This document shows positions 1-7,586 of a stretch of 12,138 bases of DNA, piece by piece. The notes beneath the pieces were generated by a model, which saw only the letters and a list, made by a program, of their open reading frames with translations, did not search any database and was not told the origin of the DNA. The stretch is from Promethearchaeota archaeon. Its GTDB lineage: Archaea > Asgardarchaeota > Lokiarchaeia > Sigyniarchaeales > SOKP01. Position numbers and translations under genes: made by a program. Every line of letters starts with the position of its first letter. Within the stretch, counting starts at the first letter, position 1. The stretch spans positions 1 to 12,138 of the forward strand of contig JAEOTP010000054.1 of the NCBI GenBank assembly GCA_016839765.1, in the 5' to 3' direction.

Positions 1-2
1 TA

Positions 3-497
3 TACTATGACCTTGATGGGATATCTTTTGTTGGTTGTGGTGGCGGAGGATGGGATGGAGTTAAAGGTGAAGCAAAATTAGATGCGGTAGATAAAGTTAA
101 ATTTATTGAAAATTATGAAAAAGTTTTTAATATTAAATCAAAAGATATTGCAGATATTTATGCATTTACAGAGGGACCAACTCTTTTTGGAGGACACTGG
201 TCTGAAAAGTACCAAGATTTTTTATTACATTGCCCTGATACTGCTAGGATTATAGTAAGAGATATAGAAAAGCTAGAACCTGTTAATGAGGGTATGGAAG
301 GCTTGTTAGAGGTAATAACACCATATGGTGTAAATGGTAGCATAAATCAAGCAGTTCTTGTTGATGATTTTGTAGAATTAATTTCAAAAAATAAATGTCC
401 AGAATGTGGGTATCAAGGGGCTACATTTAGAATTGTGGGAAGGTTAAAAAATGCCCAAGGTAAGAGCTGTTCTTCAATAATTGATTGGCTTCACTAA
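3..497 (+). CDS. LuxE-like acyl-protein synthetase (ANL/adenylate-forming fold), 5'-truncated at window edge
   Basis: The frame is open from base 3 to TAA at 495-497, so the 294..497 ORF-track entry starts at an internal Met. My translation: YYDLDGISFVGCGGGGWDGVKGE...IADIYAFTEGPTLFGG...LHCPDTARIIVRDIEKLEPVNEGMEGLLEVITPYG...VLVDD...CPECGYQGATFRIVGRLKNAQGKSCSSIIDWLH*. This follows the LuxE motif order: GGGW, D-x-Y-x-x-TE, H-x-P...IRD...LEP...GE-x-GL, C-x-(x)-CG...F-x-x-x-GR, and a terminal Cys. Confidence 0.85.
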   Translation, partial: YYDLDGISFVGCGGGGWDGVKGEAKLDAVDKVKFIENYEKVFNIKSKDIADIYAFTEGPTLFGGHWSEKYQDFLLHCPDTARIIVRDIEKLEPVNEGMEGLLEVITPYGVNGSINQAVLVDDFVELISKNKCPECGYQGATFRIVGRLKNAQGKSCSSIIDWLH

Positions 498-513
498 CTG
501 CTTTATTTAATTT

Positions 514-1476
514 TTACCTCTTATCCACTTTTTTTAGTAAGTAGATTAAATTATAATTTATTATACTGAAAATTATACTAAACTTATATAATTTGTAAAT
601 TATGTCTATTCTTCTCATAAGTCGAAAAAATAAAAAAATCAAAAAAGCTAGTGAGAAAGCATTTAATGATAAATAAAATATCATATTCAAAATTATAAAG
701 CCACAAATAAACAGTGCCAAAAGTAATACAAAAGGGAATGCAATTAACTGCAAATAATTCCAAATGGTTTTTCTATCATAAATTGATTCTGGTTTAAAGG
801 AAATATCCATGTTATGAACGGCTGCTATTTTTGAATATGATTTTCCATATTGTATATACTTTTTGATATTTTGAAGTGTAGTTCTTTTTCCATGATGAAT
901 TACCAGTCCCTTTGGTACATAAATTAGTCTAAATCCTTTCTTTATTGCCCTCCATGAAAATTCCAGATCTTCAATTCTATAATTTAAAAAGCCACCAGTA
1001 TGTGTCACTAATTCTTTTTTAAATAACATATTACTTGAATTAAGGAAATTAACGGTGGACTCTTTTTTTAGAACTGTTTCAATTTTTATAGATGGATTTA
1101 ATTTTCTTTCTGCTCTATCACAAAATTCAACTCTTCCTCCAACTATATCGTATCTATTCAAAAAAGGAACTAAATCTTTTAACCAATTTCTTGAGACAAA
1201 GCAATCAGAATCAGTTAAAGCAATAATGTCATTTTTCGCCTCGTTAATGCCAATATTTCGAGCTTCAGCTGATCCAACTGATTTTTCTAATACTATGGAT
1301 TTAATGGGATATTTTCTTAATAGATTTTTCGTATTATCTGTTGAACAATCATCAACAATTATTATTTCATAATTAGGATAGTTCAAATTAGATAGATTTT
1401 TAATTAAATTAGGTAAGAGACTGCCTCTGTTTTTTATAGGCACAATTATTGATACGGGTTGTAACACTGAACTCAT
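514..1476 (-). CDS. GT2 family (GT-A fold) glycosyltransferase with C-terminal transmembrane helices
   Basis: Motifs VSIIVPIKNR, IIIVDDCSTDNT, GSAEARNIG, DxD motif TDSDC, GGF...EDLEFSWR, YVPKGLVIHH and QYG. A hydrophobic C-terminal region suggests about 2-3 TM segments. Confidence 0.93.
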   Translation of the reverse strand: MSSVLQPVSIIVPIKNRGSLLPNLIKNLSNLNYPNYEIIIVDDCSTDNTKNLLRKYPIKSIVLEKSVGSAEARNIGINEAKNDIIALTDSDCFVSRNWLKDLVPFLNRYDIVGGRVEFCDRAERKLNPSIKIETVLKKESTVNFLNSSNMLFKKELVTHTGGFLNYRIEDLEFSWRAIKKGFRLIYVPKGLVIHHGKRTTLQNIKKYIQYGKSYSKIAAVHNMDISFKPESIYDRKTIWNYLQLIAFPFVLLLALFICGFIILNMIFYLSLNAFSLAFLIFLFFRLMRRIDIIYKLYKFSIIFSIINYNLIYLLKKVDKR

Positions 1477-1517
1477 TAATGTTTTTTAGTATTATTAATT
1501 ATTTTAATCTATTCTGA

Positions 1518-2570
1518 TTGAAGGGACTTGAAATATATATCAACAATATGAAAAATAAAATATTAAGGAAGTTGGGAATAAGTTATTTAAAAAGAATTCT
1601 CAGAGTAATAAACGGGCCAGTATTTATCAGCATATTTTTTACTCGAAAATGTAATTTTAATTGTTATTATTGCGCTACTTCAAAAAACATACAAAAAAAT
1701 GATATTTCATTAAAGCAATGGAAAGATATAATAAATCAAATTTATAATCAAGGATGTCGATTTATTACAATATATGGGGGGGAACCAACACTTCGGTCGG
1801 ACTTAGGCGAATTAATAAAGCATTGTATAGATTTAAATATTTTTACTCATGTAGTTACTAACGGCTCTCTATTAAATGAAGAGTTACTTGAGGAATTTGC
1901 ATCCTATGGATATTTCCTTTTAGGTATAAGTATTGATGGGTTTTCAGAAACTAATTTTAGTCCCAAGAAATATCATCCCGAATTAATCGAATTACTTCAT
2001 AAAATAAAAGAGAAACATCCTGACAATATAGATTATAGCATTCATATTATCCCTACCAAAGAGAATATAGAGGAGGTTGCTCCATTAATAAGAACCATCA
2101 ATTTAAAATTGGAGTGCCGGTTTTCAATAGATCCTGTACATTCATCAATGAATCCTGATGAACAATATCAGTATAGAAGTTATTGCCCAGATTTATTAAT
2201 AAAAAAGGAAGATATGGATCGAATAAGAAAAATGATTCAATATTTAAAGAGACAAGGGGTTCAATTCTTTTCTCCTAACATTTATTATTATTATATGAAT
2301 AAATGGTATCAAAAAAAATATTCTTGGAAATGTGATGCTGGAGATTTATATTATGCAATTGATAATGATGGAACTGTAATGCTATGCGAAGACGTTAGCA
2401 CACCTATTCACTTTAGCGATTTTATCAAATTATCTCATAGGAAGCGAGTTAAAACAATAAATAAATTTAAATTTGAATATTGTGATTGTTTTAAACCATG
2501 TTATTGGAATCCTACTAATTTTGTTAAGCACCCAATTAGAAATTTCAGATATCAAAATATATTAAAATAA
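1518..2570 (+). CDS. Radical SAM enzyme with C-terminal twitch/SPASM-like auxiliary Fe-S domain
   Basis: CxxxCxxC motif CNFNCYYC (1650-1673), GGEPTLR, VTNG and ISIDG. C-terminal CDAG...IDNDGTVMLC...CDCFKPC. The ORF track starts at TTG 1518; ATG at 1548 is an equally plausible start. Confidence 0.93.
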   Translation: MKGLEIYINNMKNKILRKLGISYLKRILRVINGPVFISIFFTRKCNFNCYYCATSKNIQKNDISLKQWKDIINQIYNQGCRFITIYGGEPTLRSDLGELIKHCIDLNIFTHVVTNGSLLNEELLEEFASYGYFLLGISIDGFSETNFSPKKYHPELIELLHKIKEKHPDNIDYSIHIIPTKENIEEVAPLIRTINLKLECRFSIDPVHSSMNPDEQYQYRSYCPDLLIKKEDMDRIRKMIQYLKRQGVQFFSPNIYYYYMNKWYQKKYSWKCDAGDLYYAIDNDGTVMLCEDVSTPIHFSDFIKLSHRKRVKTINKFKFEYCDCFKPCYWNPTNFVKHPIRNFRYQNILK

Positions 2571-2591
2571 ATGTTTTTAATGAATAATTAA

Positions 2592-3374
2592 ATGCCATTT
2601 ATTACGATAAATCAACTGAAAATTTTCTTTTACGAAAATACAGTAGCAGGCGCACCTTTAGTATTCATTCATGGATGGCTAGGAAGCTCAAGGGAATGGA
2701 TTCATCAATTATGTTATTTTAATTTTAAAGAACATATTACCATTCTAGATTTACCTGGATTTGGAAAATCCGATAAACCAAAGGCAAAGTACTCTATTGA
2801 ATTTTTTACTAAACAGGTATTAAATTTTCTTAAATTACTTGGATATAATGAAGCCATTCTTATAGGGCATTCTTTAGGAGGAATGATTGCATTAAATATA
2901 ACTATTCAGAATCCAAAATTAGTGAAAAAATTAATCTTAATTAGTTCTAGCGCTGCAATTTCTCAATCACTTAAAGATAAAATAAAGTTATTTTGGGTGA
3001 ATTTGATTTTCAAATTAATTTATAAAAAATTCTTGAAAAATATTGTTAAACAAATTCTTTCACCTAAATTTAAAAATCGAGAATTAAAAAAACTCTATAC
3101 AATTGCATTAAAAATCCCAAAGTCAATAGTTTTAAGGACATTTAAAAATATGACCTCCAAATTTAATATACATAATCAACTATCTCAGATTTCTCAACCA
3201 ACCCTAATTATTTATGGAAATGAAGATAAAGTAATTTCTGACTCAATGATTAATGAGTTAGGTAATTTAATACCCAATTCAGAAATATTTAGCATTGAAA
3301 ATAGCTCACATAGGGTAATGGTTGACAATTATGAAAAAGTTAATAAAATTATTGATGAGTTTATTAAAAAATAA
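2592..3374 (+). CDS. Alpha/beta-fold hydrolase (esterase/thioesterase/lipase-like)
   Basis: Oxyanion motif FIHGW, DLPGFGKSD, nucleophile elbow GHSLGG, acid in PTLIIYGNEDKV and His in SSHRV. This gives an intact Ser-Asp-His triad. Confidence 0.93.
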   Translation: MPFITINQLKIFFYENTVAGAPLVFIHGWLGSSREWIHQLCYFNFKEHITILDLPGFGKSDKPKAKYSIEFFTKQVLNFLKLLGYNEAILIGHSLGGMIALNITIQNPKLVKKLILISSSAAISQSLKDKIKLFWVNLIFKLIYKKFLKNIVKQILSPKFKNRELKKLYTIALKIPKSIVLRTFKNMTSKFNIHNQLSQISQPTLIIYGNEDKVISDSMINELGNLIPNSEIFSIENSSHRVMVDNYEKVNKIIDEFIKK

Positions 3375-3375
3375 A

Positions 3376-4461
3376 TTAATACTTCTTATCTACCTCTCCT
3401 TTTTCATATTCATTTAATTGCCGGATAACTTTAGCAGGAACACCATATGCTATAGAATATGGGGGGATATCCTCCGTTACTACTGAACCTGCTCCAATTA
3501 TCGATCCTTTACCGATTGTAACCCCTGGTAATAGAATTGAATATGCTCCTATTCTTGCATTTTTACACACTTTAATAGGTCCAAAGCTGAATGTTCCATG
3601 TTTTATATGCATTGCATTATGAGTTAACATTTTTACTCCAATCCCGCAGCCGCTCCCTTCTTCAAATTCAATTAAATCAGGCAAGAGTGGATCAGGTGCT
3701 GCTTTTTGAGAAATATGGCAATTTTTTCCTATTTTCATTCCTGTAAAACGAAATAATTTGTTTCTGGCTCGTGGCCATCCAATTAAATATGTAATAATCA
3801 ACGATATTACATGGTTAAAGGCACCTTTCACAAACCAGGAAATAGAAAAGCCCTTACTCTGAAGATACTTTGCAATAATTAACATTGGTATAGGAGTAAA
3901 AATATGTTCCTCGGTGTCAATATTAATATATGTTATTTTTCCTTTTACTTGAACTTCAAATTCGGGTTTATTATGCTTCCATACTTTTCTCGCTTTTACT
4001 AAATCCTTAAAAAAAATAACAAAATCTATATTTACTAGAAATAGAACTAAGCTCAATGCGAAATTTATTGGCAAAAAAAGTATAAATAACATTAATCTTG
4101 TATTAAGTGCTAAATCTTGATTAAATAAGACACTAAAATATGTAAAATAAGATGCTATGAAAGTAATTGCTACAAATCCTAATAGACTAAAAATATATAT
4201 TATTGAACCAGTTAATTGTTTAGATTTTGCTAAATTATACCCTAAGACATATAATACAAGTAAAAATGTAAAAGTGATAAAAATTCCGCCATAAATATAA
4301 GTATTATATTCATTGAAAATTAATGATAACCAAGGTACTATGTATTCATATATTGTACTTATCCAAGGAATTGAAATAAATAATCGATTGATTACAAATA
4401 AAATAAGCACTATAGAACTTACAATTAAAAAAATAAATGGAAGTACAAATCCTTTTTTCAT
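3376..4461 (-). CDS. Hexapeptide-repeat (left-handed beta-helix) acyltransferase fused to an N-terminal multi-TM domain
   Basis: The C-terminal half reads GMKIGKNCHI...MLTHN...GPIKVCKNARIGAYSILLPGVTIGKGSIIGAGSVVTEDIPPYSIAYGVPAKVIR, a classic LbH acetyltransferase. The first ~150 aa contain about four hydrophobic helices. Confidence 0.9.
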   Translation of the reverse strand: MKKGFVLPFIFLIVSSIVLILFVINRLFISIPWISTIYEYIVPWLSLIFNEYNTYIYGGIFITFTFLLVLYVLGYNLAKSKQLTGSIIYIFSLLGFVAITFIASYFTYFSVLFNQDLALNTRLMLFILFLPINFALSLVLFLVNIDFVIFFKDLVKARKVWKHNKPEFEVQVKGKITYINIDTEEHIFTPIPMLIIAKYLQSKGFSISWFVKGAFNHVISLIITYLIGWPRARNKLFRFTGMKIGKNCHISQKAAPDPLLPDLIEFEEGSGCGIGVKMLTHNAMHIKHGTFSFGPIKVCKNARIGAYSILLPGVTIGKGSIIGAGSVVTEDIPPYSIAYGVPAKVIRQLNEYEKGEVDKKY

Positions 4462-4560
4462 TTTATTTCAATTATTACCTTTTAAAATACTAAAAAATCA
4501 TATATTAATAATAAATGAATGATTTAGAATATAATAATCATTCTGCTTACAAAAAGTAAA

Positions 4561-5328
4561 ATGAAAGCATTTAATATAAAGCATAAACCTAAAATTTCAG
4601 TTATTATCCCCACATATAATGAGGAAGCTAATATAGAGGAAACACTAATAGCAATTAAGAAACAAATATGCGATTTTTCTTATGAGATTGTTGTAGTGGA
4701 TGGACAAAGCACCGATAAAACCATGGATATAGCTAAAAAATTTGCGAACGTATATATATCGCCACAGAAAGGTAAAGCTTATCAATTAAATTATGCTGCT
4801 CCAAAAACATCGGGAGATATACTTTTATTTTTAGATGCAGATACATTGATGGACCCCTTTTTCTTACAAAAAGTTTATAAAATTTTTCAAAGGAAAAAGA
4901 ATCTTTTTGCCTGCAGTGCTAGAATTCAATATTATGATGGGATTGCATTTTCATTTAAAATTGGTTCTTTAGTATGCACTATAACAAAATATTTTTTTCA
5001 AAGCATTGCTGTTCATCTGTATTATTTCTTTAAAAGTTTATTTGGATATCCTGAACTTTCCGGAACAAACATGATTGTTAGACGAGATATATTCTTTAAA
5101 GCAGGTGGTTTTAAGCAACCACCACATTCCTTAGGAATTGACAAAGTTTTCTCAGATTCTATAATATATGTGACTAGAATATTAAAAAAAGGTAAAGTTA
5201 AGAGCTTAAATTTTGTTTCAGTATTAACTAGTGGAAGAAATTTAACAGTTAAACGTAGCTTAAAACGCATTAACCTATATTTTTCAAAGAAAGATGTTTA
5301 TTATGAATTAGCAAAAAAAATTGATTGA
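4561..5328 (+). CDS. GT2 family glycosyltransferase, no obvious TM anchor (resembles TIGR04283-type GTs)
   Basis: KISVIIPTYNEE, VVVDGQSTDKT, GKAYQLN, DxD motif LFLDADT, GGF and a late VLTSGR motif. Confidence 0.92.
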   Translation: MKAFNIKHKPKISVIIPTYNEEANIEETLIAIKKQICDFSYEIVVVDGQSTDKTMDIAKKFANVYISPQKGKAYQLNYAAPKTSGDILLFLDADTLMDPFFLQKVYKIFQRKKNLFACSARIQYYDGIAFSFKIGSLVCTITKYFFQSIAVHLYYFFKSLFGYPELSGTNMIVRRDIFFKAGGFKQPPHSLGIDKVFSDSIIYVTRILKKGKVKSLNFVSVLTSGRNLTVKRSLKRINLYFSKKDVYYELAKKID

Positions 5329-5355
5329 AAGTAAATCCTATATTTTGATTAATAA

Positions 5356-6810
5356 ATGAATACAATATTAATTTATCCCCAACTTGAATTTGCAAAGGCT
5401 CAAATTCCTACCCCGCCTTATTCTATTTTATTTATTGCTGATTACCTAATTAAAAGAAATGTAGATGTAGCACTCTTTGATTTACGATTTGATTCATACT
5501 CCCAAGTTATAAATGCTATTTCCAATAATGAGCCAAAATACATTGGCATCTCTGTAATGACTGGACCACAGATTTACCATGCATTGAAAGTGTGCGAAGA
5601 AATCAAAGAACAATTTAATAACGTTAAAATTGTATGGGGTGGTATCCACTCAACCATTCTTCCAACACAGACTCTTCAAAATAATTTAATTGATTTTGTA
5701 ATCAGGGGAGAAGGTGAAAAACCTTATTATGAACTTGTAAGTGGAAAAAATAAAAGTCAAATAAAGAGCCTTTCAATAAAAAAAGGTAGAAAAGTATATC
5801 ATAATCCTAATTCTGCTCTATTAAAAAGCATTGAAATAAATAAGTTGAGTATTCCTTGGGAGTTGATAAATCCAAAGCATTATATAAGAAATGGAAATTT
5901 CAACATGATTACTAGTCGTGGCTGTCCGTTTGGATGTGCTTTTTGTTATAATACCCTATTTCAAAATGTATGGAGAGGATGGACTGCCGAGAAATGCTTT
6001 GAGGAACTTGATAAATGCATAGATTTTGGTGCAAAAAAAATTAATTTCTATGATGATTATTTTTTCGCAAAATGGGAACGGATTAAAGCTCTTTTTAATT
6101 ACTTTAAAAAGAAAGACATCATATGGAAAGCAGAATTACGTGTTGATCACTTAAATTCTTCATTAGCTAAAGAAGCAAAAGAACATGGCTGTAATCAACT
6201 GTTTTTTGGGGTAGAATCTGGCTCTCAACGAGTATTGAATATCTTGAATAAAAAGATTTTAATAAAAGATATAATTAAAAGTGCTAGAATTACAAAAGAC
6301 GTAGGTCTTATTGCTGATTATAGTTGGATGATTGGTGTACCAGGTGAAACAAAAAATGATATAAAAAAAACCATATTTTTAGCAAAGAGAGTTAAAAAGA
6401 TCAACCCTGATTGCGAATTTTCAATAAAAGTACTCTTTCCATATCCTAAAACTCCAATTTATGATGAAGCTATAAAAATGGGATTTAAAGCTCCATTTAA
6501 TCTCCTTAGCTGGGCGAAAATTAGAAGAGAACGTGCACCAAGTTATTTAAAACACAAGAATCTCCTTGAAATGATTTCAATTACAAGTGCCATTGTGGGT
6601 AAGAAAGTTTTTGAACAAAATAATATCCCAATTCTTAAGTTAATTAGAGCTATAGCAGAATTTAGGTGGAAAAATGAGATTTTCATCGTTGGATTCGAAA
6701 ACTTTTACTTTAAAATTTTTAGAAATATAGTTGAGAAAAGAATCGTTAAAAAAGATACTCTTGAATATGACCCATTTTCACATAAAATAGTGTTAAAAAG
6801 GGAAGAATAA
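5356..6810 (+). CDS. Cobalamin (B12)-binding radical SAM enzyme (BchE/HpnJ/HpnP/class B methylase superfamily)
   Basis: N-terminal B12-binding Rossmann domain (LIYP...PPYSILFIADYL...IGISVMTG...IVWGGIHST...DFVIRGEGE). Then TSRGCPFGCAFC (Cys codons 5923-5946), FYDDYF, RVD, GVESGSQRVL and MIGVPGET. Confidence 0.94.
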   Translation: MNTILIYPQLEFAKAQIPTPPYSILFIADYLIKRNVDVALFDLRFDSYSQVINAISNNEPKYIGISVMTGPQIYHALKVCEEIKEQFNNVKIVWGGIHSTILPTQTLQNNLIDFVIRGEGEKPYYELVSGKNKSQIKSLSIKKGRKVYHNPNSALLKSIEINKLSIPWELINPKHYIRNGNFNMITSRGCPFGCAFCYNTLFQNVWRGWTAEKCFEELDKCIDFGAKKINFYDDYFFAKWERIKALFNYFKKKDIIWKAELRVDHLNSSLAKEAKEHGCNQLFFGVESGSQRVLNILNKKILIKDIIKSARITKDVGLIADYSWMIGVPGETKNDIKKTIFLAKRVKKINPDCEFSIKVLFPYPKTPIYDEAIKMGFKAPFNLLSWAKIRRERAPSYLKHKNLLEMISITSAIVGKKVFEQNNIPILKLIRAIAEFRWKNEIFIVGFENFYFKIFRNIVEKRIVKKDTLEYDPFSHKIVLKREE

Positions 6811-6877
6811 AGCTTGACTTCTACAAATCTTTCAAAATAGTAGCCTAGAATAAAATCCTATCAGAAAAATTACGTAT

Positions 6878-6920
6878 AAAAAAAACAAGAAAGAAAAAAA
6901 GTGAAGAGATTTTAATCTCT
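6878..6920 (-). terminator. Putative intrinsic terminator of the 6926..7408 gene
   Basis: On the minus strand, just after the TAA: a 6-bp stem AGAGAT/ATCTCT with a 4-nt loop (6905-6920), then a ~23-nt U-rich pyrimidine tract (6878-6900). Confidence 0.6.
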
Positions 6921-6925
6921 AAAAT

Positions 6926-7408
6926 TTAAATTCTTGAGTCGCTCGTCGAAGGAATTGTTTCTACTCTATTACGGTTATAGATTTCAGCGAAAATATTAAA
7001 GAAATCTGCCTGTCTTTGTCTAAAATGAGGCTTTGGCTCATTCTTATTTTGCTGTAATATTAGTTTCCATTTCTTTTGTTTGGGATTACCTTTACCATCA
7101 ATTATTAACGCACTGTCTTTTCGCTTATTTACCCATAATATTATGACGCCAGGTTTTTGTAGCTGAATATTATTTACATCGTGCCATCTTACCCATTTAC
7201 TTTTTCCCATAGAATACATTGAACCTCTCATATACGTAACCTGTATCCTCCAGGCAAATCCGTTGTCAGTCACTACTAGAAAACCATTCTCTTTACTAAG
7301 CCTACATTTTGAAGTAATTATCGGGTCGCCTACATCGTCTTGACCCAACATTTTTTCATATTTCTCAACTCTATCGGGAGAAACCTCCCAACCTTCCATT
7401 ATTGGCAT
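6926..7408 (-). CDS. Hypothetical protein, possibly PH-like/GRAM-like fold
   Basis: 160-aa ORF with SD-like AGTGA just upstream of the ATG and a terminator downstream. The pattern ENGFLVVTDNGFAWR...WVRWHDVNNIQ...GVIILWV followed by a C-terminal amphipathic helix (QADFFNIFAEIYNRN) resembles PH-like domains. The fold call is tentative. Confidence 0.8.
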   Translation of the reverse strand: MPIMEGWEVSPDRVEKYEKMLGQDDVGDPIITSKCRLSKENGFLVVTDNGFAWRIQVTYMRGSMYSMGKSKWVRWHDVNNIQLQKPGVIILWVNKRKDSALIIDGKGNPKQKKWKLILQQNKNEPKPHFRQRQADFFNIFAEIYNRNRVETIPSTSDSRI

Positions 7409-7586
7409 TTTAATTCACTTTAAGTTTTTAATTTCTGGATTTCATTTATTATTATTATAGCATAATTTTTATAAATAATTTCCTAGAAAATTTAATTATA
7501 AATCCAGAGTTTATAAATAAAATAAGCATTAAACTCAAATTTATGTTTAATATTTCAAATCTAAAATTATAAATTTTACGTATATA

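Noticed and set aside
158-343. 61-aa minus-strand ORF
   Set aside because: It lies antisense within the LuxE-like CDS and has no recognisable motifs.
294-497. 67-aa ORF as a stand-alone small protein or RiPP precursor
   Set aside because: The frame is open back to base 3, so this is the C-terminus of the LuxE-like protein.
3-497. Bioluminescence (lux operon) interpretation
   Set aside because: There are no luxA/B/D/G-like genes in the window, and LuxE homologues are widespread outside luminous bacteria.
1055-1372. 105-aa plus-strand ORF
   Set aside because: Antisense shadow of the well-supported GT2.
514-3374. Mycofactocin-like or other RiPP system (GT2 + SPASM radical SAM + hydrolase)
   Set aside because: No precursor peptide, no PqqD/RRE chaperone and no full SPASM Cys set are visible.
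4313-4522. 69-aa plus-strand ORF
   Set aside because: It overlaps the acyltransferase 5' end on the opposite strand and has a low-complexity I/N/K composition typical of AT-rich spurious ORFs.
5022-5270. 82-aa minus-strand ORF containing CGGC
   Set aside because: Antisense within the second GT2; the Cys motif arises from the reverse complement of the GT2 coding sequence.
6870-7584. 9-mer TTACGTATA on both sides of the PH-like gene (6870-6878, 7576-7584) as a target-site duplication
   Set aside because: It is short and AT-rich, its reverse complement also occurs inside the gene (7231-7239), and there is no transposase or terminal inverted repeat. Chance is sufficient.
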